The notes under the pieces were generated by a model. The model did not search any database and had not been told where the DNA came from. It was given only the letters and a program-made list of their open reading frames with translations. A stretch of 64,000 nucleotides of DNA, taken from NCBI RefSeq assembly GCF_964204865.1, contig NC_135259.1, positions 14,880,001-14,944,000 of the forward strand, read 5' to 3'. This DNA is from Styela clava. Lineage: Eukaryota. The translations under genes were made by a program, and so were the position numbers. Shown here one piece after another: positions 1 through 12,800 of the stretch (positions within the stretch are counted from its first letter, which is position 1; each line of letters starts with the position of its first letter).

Positions 1-125
1 TGGACAAAGAATGCATTTATAGACCAATACATATCTGATATAAGGAAAATTATGATATTGGTATATTCATATGAATTACATTGTACAATGCCCAGCCCTA
101 GTTTTTTGTTAGCTGGGATCTAGCT

Positions 126-341
126 TAGGGTTGCCATACCGTCCGGGATTTAGGGTTAAATTTTGTGTCCGAGAACAATTTAAATGTTCGGAATCCGGAA
201 TTTTACTGCATCTGCAATCGTACTGTGCGCACTGCTAATACAGAACATGTTATTTTGTACCGTGCGCGTATTTTTACTACGAGGTCATGAAAATAGTCAT
301 GCACTGTCCGGAATTTTGCTTTTCCAAATATGGTGACCCTA
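126..341. mobile_element. hAT (Blackjack-like) MITE
   Basis: TIRs TAGGGTTGCCATA...TATGGTGACCCTA, flanked by a perfect 8-bp TSD ATCTAGCT (118-125 and 342-349). Confidence 0.85.
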
Positions 342-1054
342 ATCTAGCTAATATAGCAACCCAACACGCAGAGTAATGACATGAATCATCCTTTGATCAT
401 ACTATAATTTCATTACCATTCCAATTGAAATTTCAGATCACACAGCATCGGACATCCTCTTGCTATTATTGTATTTTAGTAATTAAGATATAAAAATACA
501 CCTGCGTAAAATAAAACACAAAAATATGAAAGTTTAATCAGCATAATGTTTTCAATGAAGTAATAAACAAAAAGTATATTGCATCAAAGGGATTATCATA
601 TGATTGATTGTTGACAAATAATTACTGGTAATACATTTAAACGTGAATGTGGCACTTTTTAACAATAATAGAATTGTAAACGAAGGTAAGTGCTGGCTTG
701 GCCATGATTTATCGAAAACATTCAACTAATTTCTATACTAAGTGCATATTAAAGTATTTTATTATGAAGGATAATTATCAATCTTTGAATAGTAGCATAA
801 AAGAAAGTAATAGAGGGAAACTTATTAATTGAATAAACATGATTAATAAAATAACGAGAATATATATATAATATTCGTTCCCTGATTAACATATTGTCAT
901 GCATGGTTCAATAATATGGAGCATATTTTAAGTTTTTTTGGCAAAAAACAGGATGATACATTGCACTTCTTCACACTTTGGCAAGATTTTTGAAACAACA
1001 ATAACATTGAAAGTTATCAGAGCATGCTTTGGCATTTATGATTGCGCTTGTTAT

Positions 1055-1723
1055 TTAAAAAATGAGACTGTATGGTCCGGGGTGCCGAAGTTCTTTGTTG
1101 ACAAACAATTTCCCCCAAAGTGTGCTACAGCAATGTACCAGTGTTGTTTTTTGATTATCTTTATCGACCAATGGCCTGTGCTCGTGTGCCCACTTGTAGA
1201 TACTCCCTTCTACATTTCGAAGTATAATGCTGGAATACGGTAATTTCTCAGTATTATCTGTGAGGAATTCTTCAGGGTCAACAGGCGACCCTTCTTTTTC
1301 TTTCATTCGCTTAAGCCTTCGTTGCGTAATTGACACCAAAATTGAAGCCCTGATTCCCACAGCGCAGTACACAAATACATCCAACTCTTTATCCCTTTTC
1401 TCTCTCTCTTCAATCTTTTCCTGTATAAGGTCGATGACACAGTCGCATTGCTCTCTATATGGTTTGTTAAAATCCACCCAGTTAGCACACAACAAGTGAC
1501 TGACGTCGAACTCCGCTCTTTCTCTGATGTCTACGACTAGGATATCCGAATTTGATTCATTGACATTCGAATTCGGCTCAAGTAAAGACTCCTTAGACAA
1601 AATATTCTCAAATTCTTGAGTTGTAATTGTCTCAACTTCTGGAAATTGTTTGGATGTCAATGATATTATAGTACGTAAAGATTTGCTCAATTTTTTTAAA
1701 TCCTCGCGCTCTGTATCACTCAT
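1055..1723 (-). CDS. Single-domain rhodanese-like protein (soluble paralog), 222 aa, intronless CDS
   Basis: Motifs VVDIRERAEFDVSHL, VFVYCAVGIRAS (catalytic Cys loop) and NVEGSIYKWAHEHRPLVD. A splice-acceptor-like TTTTTGTATCTCAG lies 13 nt upstream of the ATG. Confidence 0.85.
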   Translation of the reverse strand: MSDTEREDLKKLSKSLRTIISLTSKQFPEVETITTQEFENILSKESLLEPNSNVNESNSDILVVDIRERAEFDVSHLLCANWVDFNKPYREQCDCVIDLIQEKIEEREKRDKELDVFVYCAVGIRASILVSITQRRLKRMKEKEGSPVDPEEFLTDNTEKLPYSSIILRNVEGSIYKWAHEHRPLVDKDNQKTTLVHCCSTLWGKLFVNKELRHPGPYSLIF

Positions 1724-2219
1724 GTTTTATTTAAATCTGAGATACAAAAATATCAATCAACAATAATGGTAGGCAGATAAAAATTGTAACAAATGTTTTT
1801 GAAAACTTTTTTACAAGTGAAGACCCATTGATGGTAGTATACTTTAACATACACATGTTAATACAATAAAGTAATAAACTATAATATTCAAGAAAAACCT
1901 GTAGAATGCTGAAGCATCAAACGAATGATGAATTAACTTAATCTTTCACACCATATTGCTAATATTGAGATGTTAATTAGTTCTGATCGAAAGGCCACTC
2001 AAACATAGGTACCATAATCCAATTTACACCATAATAATGTGTTGGCAATTTTAAGGGATATCTAAATGAGATACCAGTAATGTTGAACCAATTTCAAAAT
2101 ATAGGTCACTCAATAGTCAAGTAACTATAGATCTAAGTCGAAAAAGTACCTGAAAATGAATGCATTCAACAACAAAAATATAACATATAAAATTGTGTAT
2201 AAAATTTTTAAATATAAAC

Positions 2220-2435
2220 GGTACTCCCGTAGTATGTGTACCAGATTGGGGTTAGGGCATAGTTTTATTCCGATTTTCCTTATTTTAGGTCTATTTTGAG
2301 TTTGGGGACTGTCTATGTTATAGCCAAGTGAATATACCCCCTGGCCATAGGTTTCAGTCCCTTTACACAACTTGATGTAAAGTAGGTGAACAAAATTAGT
2401 TACCTACATATTGGTACACATACTTCTGGAGCGCC
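2220..2435. mobile_element. Merlin-like MITE (variant internal sequence)
   Basis: Ends GGTACTCCCG...CTGGAGCGCC with a perfect 8-bp TSD ATATAAAC on both sides. Contains GGGTTAGGG. Confidence 0.8.
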
Positions 2436-2798
2436 ATATAAACAGCTTGAAGAAGTTGCCATATTGTGCAAATGGAATGTCTCATAATATATCAGCGGAT
2501 TGCTGAACTAACCGATATTAAAAGTGCAATCAATACTGCAAAAATAGCAGATAATATTCTGACTTAGTAACAAAGACTTGCACATTGAGAAATTACTAAA
2601 ATCACAACATGTAATGCATATTATTTAAGGGAGAGGTTTATAAGTGAAGTAATTTTTATAGCATTATGATAAAATATTAAAACATGCCCATTTAGATGCT
2701 TGAATATAAATTGACAATAACATTATAAAGAAGATAAATTTCAAACATATTTTTAAAATACTAAAATTTGCTTATATACTCACATGACATGGGCAGGA

Positions 2799-3449
2799 TC
2801 AAAGTGGTTTCTTTGGCTTAAATCGATAAGATTTGTTCAGTAATTTACCAAAGAATGCATTGTATGGATGAACTAAGTCAGCTTTATTTCCATCTTTGTT
2901 AAATACTTGCCGTTTTTCATTTGCCCATTGAAATATTCCACCAGTAATATTGTAAAAATTGATGTTTTGTTTTGAAAATTTCTCATATGAAGGACTTTTC
3001 GTGATTTGACTAATTAAATCAGACGACCTATATCCAACTGAGCAATAAACATAGACGTCGGTGTTTTGTTTTTCTAAAAGTTTTTCCTCTACTTCGCATA
3101 GTTTTTCTTTAGTAGGGAGTTTTTCGTCGATCCATACAGCATTAGATAGACAACTAACTTCAAACTCGTCCACATAACGTACGTCCAAAAGCATAAGATT
3201 TGGAGAATTTTCAGTTGGTTGAATTTTATCCATTTTTGAATGTAAATCGGTCGTGGAAACGTGTTTAACTGAAGGATATTTCTTTCGAATCCCCGCCATC
3301 ACAAGCTTCATAGAAATAGGAGCTTTCTGTCCTGTGTGTGGTGGTTCCGATGACGAACTGGCCATTATGAATTTCGTGACAACAAGAACAAGAGTTATCA
3401 TGACAGCGAGAAATAAAACGTCAAAATACCCAAAATATAAATCCGACAT
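2799..3449 (-). CDS. Single-domain rhodanese-like protein with N-terminal hydrophobic anchor, 216 aa, intronless
   Basis: Hydrophobic N-terminus VLFLAVMITLVLVVTKFIM; motifs LLDVRYVDEFEVSCL, VYVYCSVGYRSS, NITGGIFQWANE, VHPYNAFFGKLL. Confidence 0.88.
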   Translation of the reverse strand: MSDLYFGYFDVLFLAVMITLVLVVTKFIMASSSSEPPHTGQKAPISMKLVMAGIRKKYPSVKHVSTTDLHSKMDKIQPTENSPNLMLLDVRYVDEFEVSCLSNAVWIDEKLPTKEKLCEVEEKLLEKQNTDVYVYCSVGYRSSDLISQITKSPSYEKFSKQNINFYNITGGIFQWANEKRQVFNKDGNKADLVHPYNAFFGKLLNKSYRFKPKKPL

Positions 3450-3837
3450 TCGAAATGACTTGAGTTGTCGGAATTGGCAAGTTGGAAAACATCAAAACAA
3501 ACTATCGAGCGCCCACTAGCGTGAACGTAACTATCTATTTTCCCTAATTTAATGTGATAATATTCAAAGAAGGGGGGCTTGCTGCGATTTTTGTTGTTAC
3601 GTAACTTTGTTTACGTTGACTATAAACATCGTGCGAAGACACGTGACGAGAGGATACCAGCTGATCGTTAATTCTGTTACGTAACTAGTGATTTATATGG
3701 TTTCACTCGAGTGATTCCTTGCACAACACTGACGCAATTTCTTCATTTTCAGTCAGTACCGGTAGTTTTCGTATGCAAATTCAGTACAGTATTTCAGCCC
3801 TAGATCTTGAAAGCTTGAAAGCTGTGACATCACTGAT
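3450..3837. promoter_or_regulatory. Bidirectional promoter region (rhodanese / ERCC6)
   Basis: 388 bp between divergent ATGs. GTTACGTAAC at 3596-3605 and 3676-3685; CACGTG at 3640-3645; locally CpG-rich. Confidence 0.6.
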
Positions 3838-6800
3838 ATGGAGCGAAAAAGTCATGGAAATGGCCCTGGAGTAAGTAAAAATTTTTTTTAGTGATTTCTG
3901 GATGCGTTTGAAACTTTTACTTCTAATTCAGTAATTAGATGAAATAATGTACCGGTACCGGTACTGTGAAATTACAATACGGTACACAAGACTGCGAGTT
4001 AAAAACAGAAAATGTTCCCGAAATTTCAATTGATATTGAAACATAAGAAGTATAAGCGTACTATATATCGGAAATATCATCGTGTAACATCTGAATATAA
4101 CTGTAAACTGTTATATAGATAATTGCAGAATTGAAAGAACATCGAAACATGATAAGCTTTTCTTGGGTCTAGTACCGGTATGGTTTAGTACAGGGGTTCT
4201 AAACTTGGGGTTCGCGACCCCCAGGGGTTCACGAGAAGATTTCCAGGGGTACTTGGATGACAGTCGAGTTTTTGTATGTTGCTGTTTTTTATTATCCTTC
4301 ATTGCTACCATGGGAAAATGCAAAATACCATGTGAAAATGCTATCCAAAAATTACGTCACTACGACGTCGCCATCACGTCATAGGATTGCAAAAGTATAA
4401 TTACGATCGCCCGAAATGGCATCTGCGCCGCTGATAACGATCTATCTCCGATCGTGATCGTTGTGACGAGAAAACAAGAGAAATGGCTTGCTCGATTTCG
4501 GGTGACCGTCTGCGCCTTTTGGACGATCATCCGCATACTTCAGTGGGCCTTATTACGCCACTGTGACGACGAAATGACGTAATTTTTCGGTGACGTAGTC
4601 AGGTGGGGGTTAGGATTGACATATGCAAAAATTGTTGAGCCAGGCCAACTAGAAGTGCATGTGGTACTAAACTATGCCAGACCTGCAGACCCCTTTTCTT
4701 CAACTTTTTAATCAGGCTTAAAACTTTTAATACTACAGTCAGAGTCGCAGTATATAATATTCTCTATACTTTTATGGCATATTATGAACATATAATACAT
4801 TATTTTTAAATTATATTTATAGCCTTCCAGGTCCAAGCCATCAACAAGCAAAATGAATATTTGGCAACAAGTTGATAGGATTGGTGAAATGAATGCACCC
4901 GATGTTCATCATGTTAATCAGCAACATGAATTGGATATTGAAGGTGTAACTGTGTACGACCAACAAGCCTTGGAGCAAGGTAATTTATTATATCGAATTG
5001 TCTATTCATTCAAGCCATCTTACTACCTTATGGACTATCCTTCAAGTTGAATACATGAATCTGAAACAACTTCTTAACAATTTCTTATACTTCCTAATAT
5101 ACAATCTTTTTCAACTCCAAGACAAGCTTCTTTCCTTAGAATTTTGAATACACAAGCTGCAATTAAGTATATCTGTAATTTTTTATAAACCATTTCAGGT
5201 ATGATAAATCAAATGGATGCTGCATTTAATGAAAGAAAGAAAGTATTAGAAGTAAAAAGAGCAAACAGGGAGATCAAACTGGTGCAGGCAGATATTAGGT
5301 AAAGTGATGTCACCTGATTAACAATATTGCTTGAACGAAGAAATTTTTTCTGCCATGAATATCGGTGTTTTAATGTTTCGTTTTGAACCGCTTCTTATGC
5401 TATATGCTTATTTGGTCAGTGAATTCTATCTTTACCTCTAACCCCAAAACAATCCGGTCTTTCCAAAAATAGTAGCAAGGTATTTTTAGATTTCAGTGGC
5501 TACTTGTACCGGGCCTTTTTGAGAACGAAAGCCGTGAATAAGCACATTATAGAAAAACTAAATTAGATATAAAATTCTTTGTAAATAATGCCTTTTTTAA
5601 ACAGTTCTAAATGCAAAAACGTTTCATCTAAATTATACTTTTTCATCTACCGTAAATAAATAATTTCAACTTCTGTGCAGAGAAGTCAAATTCAGCATTG
5701 CTCAAGCGGAAAGAACTCTGGGAATTGTGACATCACAAGCTCATGATAAAGAAACGAAGAAAAGATTGGATTCTATTAAATGTCAAAAGTCAAACAAGGA
5801 AAAACAGCTGAAAACATTACAGGTGCAAAATAACAAAATAAAAACAATTGAATGCCTTTATCTGGTTGATGATTCAATATAATATAGTCACTAATCAGAT
5901 TGCACTGTTCGTTATTGTCTTCTGCAGTTGTCTAATATTTAGAACAAGAACGCGTTTGCTGAATACTATGACATTCCAAGAATGGGTACGAGCGAATTCC
6001 TCCTGAATGCCCCCCCCTGTATAATATAATAACCCCACAATTTTCCAATTATACCAACCATAGGCAAAGCTGAAACGGCTACAGAAGACAGCAGGTCTTA
6101 TAAGCGAAGATGAGACGGAATCGAGCACCCAAGATCAAGAAATTGAGAAAGGTAGAATATGCTAACATTTGTGGTTGTTAGAAAGTGGTTTCTACCAGAT
6201 TTTTAATATCAATACAGAAAAACTTCATCTGGGTAACAAAATTTTGGGAGTGGTAACCAAGGATGGCCAAAAACCGAATAATTCAGTATTTCGAATTCAT
6301 TCTAAAATAATCTTAATGAAATATCGAATATATTCTGAAATGGGTCTTTTCGACAAGAAAAATTCTTTAAATAAGACAATTGTAAATTCATAGAAATCAA
6401 ATTAAGTCATGCAGAATAATCGATTTTAATATTGTTTTAATTATTATTCTCTATTTATTTTATCAGAAGTTACTAATTTTCTTGTCTATCATAAGATAAC
6501 AAATGCTCAAAAAGAAATTTTTGAATGAAATTATTCTATTGAATATAGGTAACCAATTTTGAATGTTTTCAAATATTCGATTCATTTTGGACATAGCGCT
6601 GTCTTTTCATCTTTTCTTCCCCTGAGGATTCATATGAACATCCTATTCTATCCTAATTTATTTTAATTTTTTTATTTTAGCTACTTCTTCTGCAGTTAGT
6701 TGGACGTTAACAGGTCAAAATGACGAAGAAAGAGATCGATTAATAAAATTAGGATACATGACTCCATTTGGCTCAGTTGCCGAAGTATCACAAAAAATCG

Positions 6801-9800
6801 AAGAAAAGCCTCCGAAGAAAAAATTTTTTTTGGACGAAGGATTTAATAATTTTTTAAGTGCACAAATAAAACCAAAAAAGAAGTCGGATAAAGATAAAAT
6901 GCCAAAGAAAAGAGTGAAAACGAATACAGAATTAAATAAAAATTTTAAAATACCCAAAAAGGGAAAAGGAACAGGATTGAAGTCTTGGCTTGAAGGTAAT
7001 CTTAACAGTTGAAACCATGAACATTTTTGAATACAAATATCGAATTATTCGGGTATATTTTTTTTACATACAGTTTTTCAACAGTCATATGTGCTTATAT
7101 GTAGCTAGTCTTGAATGTAGGCCTGTGTTTTATGTGTCTTATTTTCTGATAAATTGTAAAACTAACTAACGCTAATCAGAACATTCCAATTCTTTTGTTT
7201 CTTCTTACAAGTTTGCCTAAAAAAAGGTTTTGAGTTCTCAACCACAAGTGAAATTCCAACAGTGATGAGCAGCCACTGACGGACAGAGTTTATAGCAGAG
7301 ACCCATCTATCATGACATTGTTAAATATGTTTTTAGATGAATCGACTGATATTGTTGATGAAGCAGCAGGCAATGAAGGAACATCGAGTCCAAAGAATGG
7401 TTCTGAAGCTGTTGAACTTGAATCAACATCAAAGGGTTTGATAAATATATATAATACAAATGTTATGTACCGGTAACTTATGTCTATCAGTAATGTAACA
7501 TTTGCTCAGAGCAAAGTCAAGAAACTATAATGAGTTATGGTGGTGCATTATGCATAAGTTATTGTTGGTTGACTTGATTACGCTCAACCGTGGACATGTA
7601 CGAATTGATATTATTTTTGAAATTGAATTTTTGATTAGGCATATAAACTGTTAAACAAGGTTTTTTTATTGTTTTTTTTTTCCTGTTATTAGTTTCATTT
7701 GACTGTCAGTTAACTGCTACACAAAAGGGTAAAATTTGGAATGAGATTCAAGATAATAAAATAATAAGATAATGATAAAAACTTAATATCAAAATTTAAA
7801 ATGTATTGGAATAAACTTTTACAAGTTTGTGCCTGGTTTTCTTTCTGTTTGGGAGAAATTATTTTTATTAATTTTTTTTAGCGTCACCAGAAGGAAGTGA
7901 TGAAGATTATATTCCAGATCAGGATGAAACATCCAGGATAGAACAGGAGGAAGAAATAAATGAAAGAATGATGGAAAGTAAGGAATGCTAGAATTTCGGC
8001 TCACTATCAATCAATATAAATTTGACACATTTTGTAAATAATTTTTTTTATTTGAATTTATCTAAAATATTATCTTGCAACATAAATATGACTATCCCTG
8101 GAGACCCTGATATTTCAAGCTGCTAGACTGCTATATAATCTATTCCACATTTTCATTTTTCAACTCAGGAGATATAGAATATGAAAGAAAGCCGATAAAA
8201 CAACCTAAATATGATCCAGATACCGGACTTCCCATCTATGAATATGAAGATGAATTTGAGAGAAAGAGCTCAAAATTGAAGTTGAAAAAAGGGTGAGAAC
8301 CTATTTCTGTATTATAAATAGAGTTTGAATAAATTTGTTGCGGTTAGAATTTAGATCAAAAATTTGTGCAATTGCTTGTTCTGTCATGCCACCCCTCCTC
8401 ACTCAATCAGGGTTTAGTGTTTGTTAAGCTATACAAATATGAAAAGATTGTTTTATACTCTTCTGAATTTCTCAAGATTTTTACTTGCTTGTACAGAACC
8501 TTTTTCACAGCAAAGTCTTGACCACCTCACAAAATTATTTTCAGTTACACAAGAATCAAAGATGATGGAAAGATAGAAAATTATAAATATAGGATGGAAA
8601 TTTATCGACGGAAAATTGCTGAAGAAAAATCTCTCGGAATTGAAATACCGGAGGATAAAGATTTAGGAAATGGATTCAAAGTTCCAGGACGGATTTGGAG
8701 TAAATTATACAAGTAAAAAATCATTTGAAATTTACACTATTCAATCCTGTATTAGTTTTCTTTTCATTTCATATTGTATAAAAACAAAAAATACTTGTCA
8801 AGAATTCTTAAAAAACTAAATATTTTACAATTTAAATTATCGCCTTTTTTATTAAAATATTCGTACTTTCTGACTAGTATAATTAAAATTCAATTCTTTG
8901 TATCTTCATAGTCAAAAATTTCCAATTTAAGTGATCTATGTAGCCGATAAATGTAGGCGTAGAATGATAAGAACATTGCCTACTGCCACTGGTATGTGGA
9001 TTTCGGAAGTCACATATCTTGTGTCTATGTCGTTATCTTAATAATTATCGAAATGTACTAAATTGAGTAAGTTATGTCAGACTCAAGGATTTCAATTTTT
9101 GTGAACTAACTTGGAACTGGAAGCTCTTTTCAGTAGAGTTCTGGACTATTTAAAAATGAATAATTCTAATGGAGTAAGTACTTTGATATTGTACATGATT
9201 TTTTTTAAATTTTTTTAATTAGCTCGTTTATTTTCAGGTATCAAAAAACAGGAGTACGCTGGATGTTTGAGCTTCATTCACAAAAAGTTGGCGGAATCTT
9301 AGGAGATGAAATGGGGCTCGGAAAAACAGTTCAAATTATATCTTTTCTTGCTGGGTTGCAACTTTCAGGTCTCAGGAGTAGAAGTGTGCCTGGACATGCG
9401 TATGAAGGACTCGGCCCTGTTTTGATTGTTACCCCGACAACTGTCATGCATCAGTGGGTTCGTGAGTTTCAAACTTGGTGGCCGCCGGCTCGTGTCGCTA
9501 TTCTTCACGATTCAGGAACTTTCGATAGCTCAAGGGTGAGTTTGTACAATAGCTTATGAAATCAATTTGAATTTGGTATTATTAATTTCAATTAATTCAT
9601 TCTGAAAGAAAATTTTAAGAAGGCTCATAATGATGCCTTCCTACGGATACAATTTGTCGATTTCTCTAGTCTGACAATTGGGTTGAATAGATTTCGAGAG
9701 TCCCAATTCAATTACATTCGGGCCGAATACGATACATCGTAAATTCCATAAACAACAGTGAAATGGTAAAACATGAATCCTATTTACACTGACACTTTGA

Positions 9801-12800
9801 TCTTCCATCTTGCATTAAACACGTTATTTTTTCACTAGCGTAAAATCTTTCAAAGATCAAAATATTTTTGTCATCGTCAATTCAAGCTCTGATGGATTTG
9901 CTAGTCCACGTTCAAGTTAATAAGAAGTAAATTCATTAAGATAACTCGAGTCTATATTGCCAATAATGTGTTGAAGCTTTGTGCTACCAACTTTTGGATA
10001 CATACATTCTACCTAGCTATATACAACTCAACACACATCTAACAGATCCAAAAAATCTTTTTATTTTCTACAGGCTCAACTAATTGACAATATTTCTCAA
10101 ACTAAAGGAATTTTGATAACATCATTCGAAAGAGCTCGAATTAACATCGAAATGTTGTTAGAATATGGATGGCATTATGTGATCCTTGATGAAGGCCATA
10201 AAATAAGAAACCCTGAGGCTGCTGTGACAACTGCACTCAAATTGGTAAGATGTTTGTTCTTCATAAATGGCTATGTATATGTACGTCTGGTGATGATTAA
10301 ATAAGTATGTTAAATACTACAGGCAGATGAAGAAGTTATTTTGCTAATTTATTACAACAAGAACAGCAATGTACACTCTGCCAAAATGTAGACTTGTAGT
10401 TTTAGTCGGGAGTCTTATCAGATAATATAGTTTATTACTAGTTTGATAGTATAATTGTAAATAAATCACAATCCTCAGGTGGCTCATGGAAAGGTCCTCA
10501 AAAACCTTTAAACTAATAAATCTTCATTTTTTATATCCAATTTCAAGTACGGTAGGTTACTAACTCTCACTGATGGTCGGGAAGACCGGGAAATAATATT
10601 ATTTGGAAAAAATGTTTTCAAATCTGGAATGTTATTTTTTATTATACAGTTTCGAACTCCACATCGTCTTATTCTGTCTGGATCTCCAGTTCAAAACAAT
10701 TTGAGAGAATTATGGTCGTTGTTTGATTTTATATTTCCTGGAAAACTTGGAACACTGCCTGTATTTATGGAACAATTCTCCATTCCTATCACACAAGGTG
10801 GATATTCAAATGCAACTGAAATACAGGTAAGCACTTGTAAACCGGGTCTTGGGTCTGTGGGTGCCTAGTGGTTTTGAAGCGTTAGAGACTATAATGGCAT
10901 TACAGGTTTCACATCTCGGGTTCAAATCCCGTTCTGAACCTCTCACCCAGGTTGTAATAAAGGGGGTTCATTGACGGATTTCTGTTCTTTCAAGTTTGTA
11001 CAAGGCCTTATTTCGAGGAAAAGGCAGAAATAAGCGTCGTAGAAAAAATCCAGATTCCTATTCCAGACTATTCCTTGAATCAAGAATTTAAGAATATTCA
11101 ATATGTATAATTTCAAATCAGTTTGGATTTTGGTTCATTTTGGACTGGCTTGTTGGAGCTTTTCATATTCAGTAGCACACTTCGAGTTTTTAATTAGGAA
11201 AAAGTAGAATAGGGGATATGTTTTATATATTGTATTATTTCTATCTTTAGGTGCACACTGCGTACAAATGTGCTTGCAAATTACGAGATACAATTTCACC
11301 GTATTTGTTACGTCGAATGAAACGTGATGTGCAAGTTGCTATTGATTTGCCGTCAAAGAATGAACAAGTGTTGTTCTGTAGATTGAGTGAACATCAAATC
11401 GAAGTTTATAAAAAATATTTAGACTCCGATGCCGTGCATTCTATACTGACAAGAGAAATGAAGGTATAGTTCACGTTTTTTTTGAAGCATCTAATGTATA
11501 AGACATAGAATATTTTGGCTCATAGACGAATGTTTACAAATGGGTTCAAACGTCCATGGGTGCAAATGTCAGCGGGTGAAATCTATATGCGGTTGCTAAA
11601 ATGGTTGGAAATATATGGGTGCAAAAGTATGCAGGTGCAAATGTCCTGGGTGCAGTTTACAGGTGTGACATCAGATCAAATCATCAGATGTACGACACAG
11701 ATGTATTAAATGAAGTAAAAATACGTAAACAATTATTTAAAACTGATTTAAAACAACAGACCTGGTTATATTGAGAACTGATTTCATAACAAAATTGAAA
11801 TTGTAAAGGGACTTTATGAACACCCTGTATTACTATGTTTATCAGATGTTTGAAACCTTCTCTCTAAACAGTTCTTCGCATATTCTCTCTTGAATATTAT
11901 TTTTTTTTAAATGTACTTAAATATTAGTATGTAGTAAATTATTAGATTTGGCCATTCTTGATTATACCATAAATACAGGATTTTTTCAGGTAACTTTTTC
12001 ACTGAAACATTCAGAAGAATTTGAAAGATTTCAAAAATAGTCATTTTGTAGTAATATACAAGTTTGTGCCAGTGAGCCAGCAGTGACTAGGTCTGATCAT
12101 GAATAATTTCGTACCATCTTATTTCAACCAAACTCTTTTTCTAGGTGTTTGCTGGGCTGATCCAACTTCGTAAAATTTGCAATCACCCAGACTTATATAC
12201 AGGAGGTCCTAAGATTATGGTTGGTGAAGACACACCAAATCCAAATGATGAACGTAGCTTCGGATTTTATAAACGATCTGGGAAAATGTTGGTCATAGCT
12301 TCGTTACTTAAAATATGGAAAAAGCAGGGACATAAAGTATTGTTGTTCACTCAAAGTAAAGCAGTGAGTATGAATGAATTCGCTGTAAATTGAATAAATT
12401 TTGATATAGTATATATGAAAGTTTGATCAGACAGTAATCAAATCAAATTTCGACGGGTTGTTTTCATATCTTCGTGCTCAAGACAAGGTTCCAGACAGAA
12501 ATATTATGTGAAGGGTTTTGGAAAAGGACCAAAATATTTATGGCTGACATCCAGTTTTATTGCACTTCACTTCATTTGGGCCTGGGGTTCAAACCTGGGA
12601 TCTTTATTCTGTCACACCAAGGAATAACCAGTCCAGCAATCCTTTCGCATGTGATAATCGCCTGCATGATTCAAACCTACGAAAGCACGCAGTAACTATT
12701 TCAGTACTCGACATGGACTGGTATCCGGACGAGAGACCACGGTTTGTCATACGATTAAGCCATCTTATTAGATTCCTTCACTTGGAATAGATATGAAAAT

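Noticed and set aside
1055-3449. Spliced fusion of the two rhodanese ORFs into a tandem-domain or membrane-anchored protein
   Set aside because: An in-frame TAA lies between the acceptor (1737-1738) and the downstream ATG.
11541-11665. CRISPR-like array
   Set aside because: Units are short, degenerate and nearly contiguous with no unique spacers; the site is a eukaryotic intron with no cas genes.
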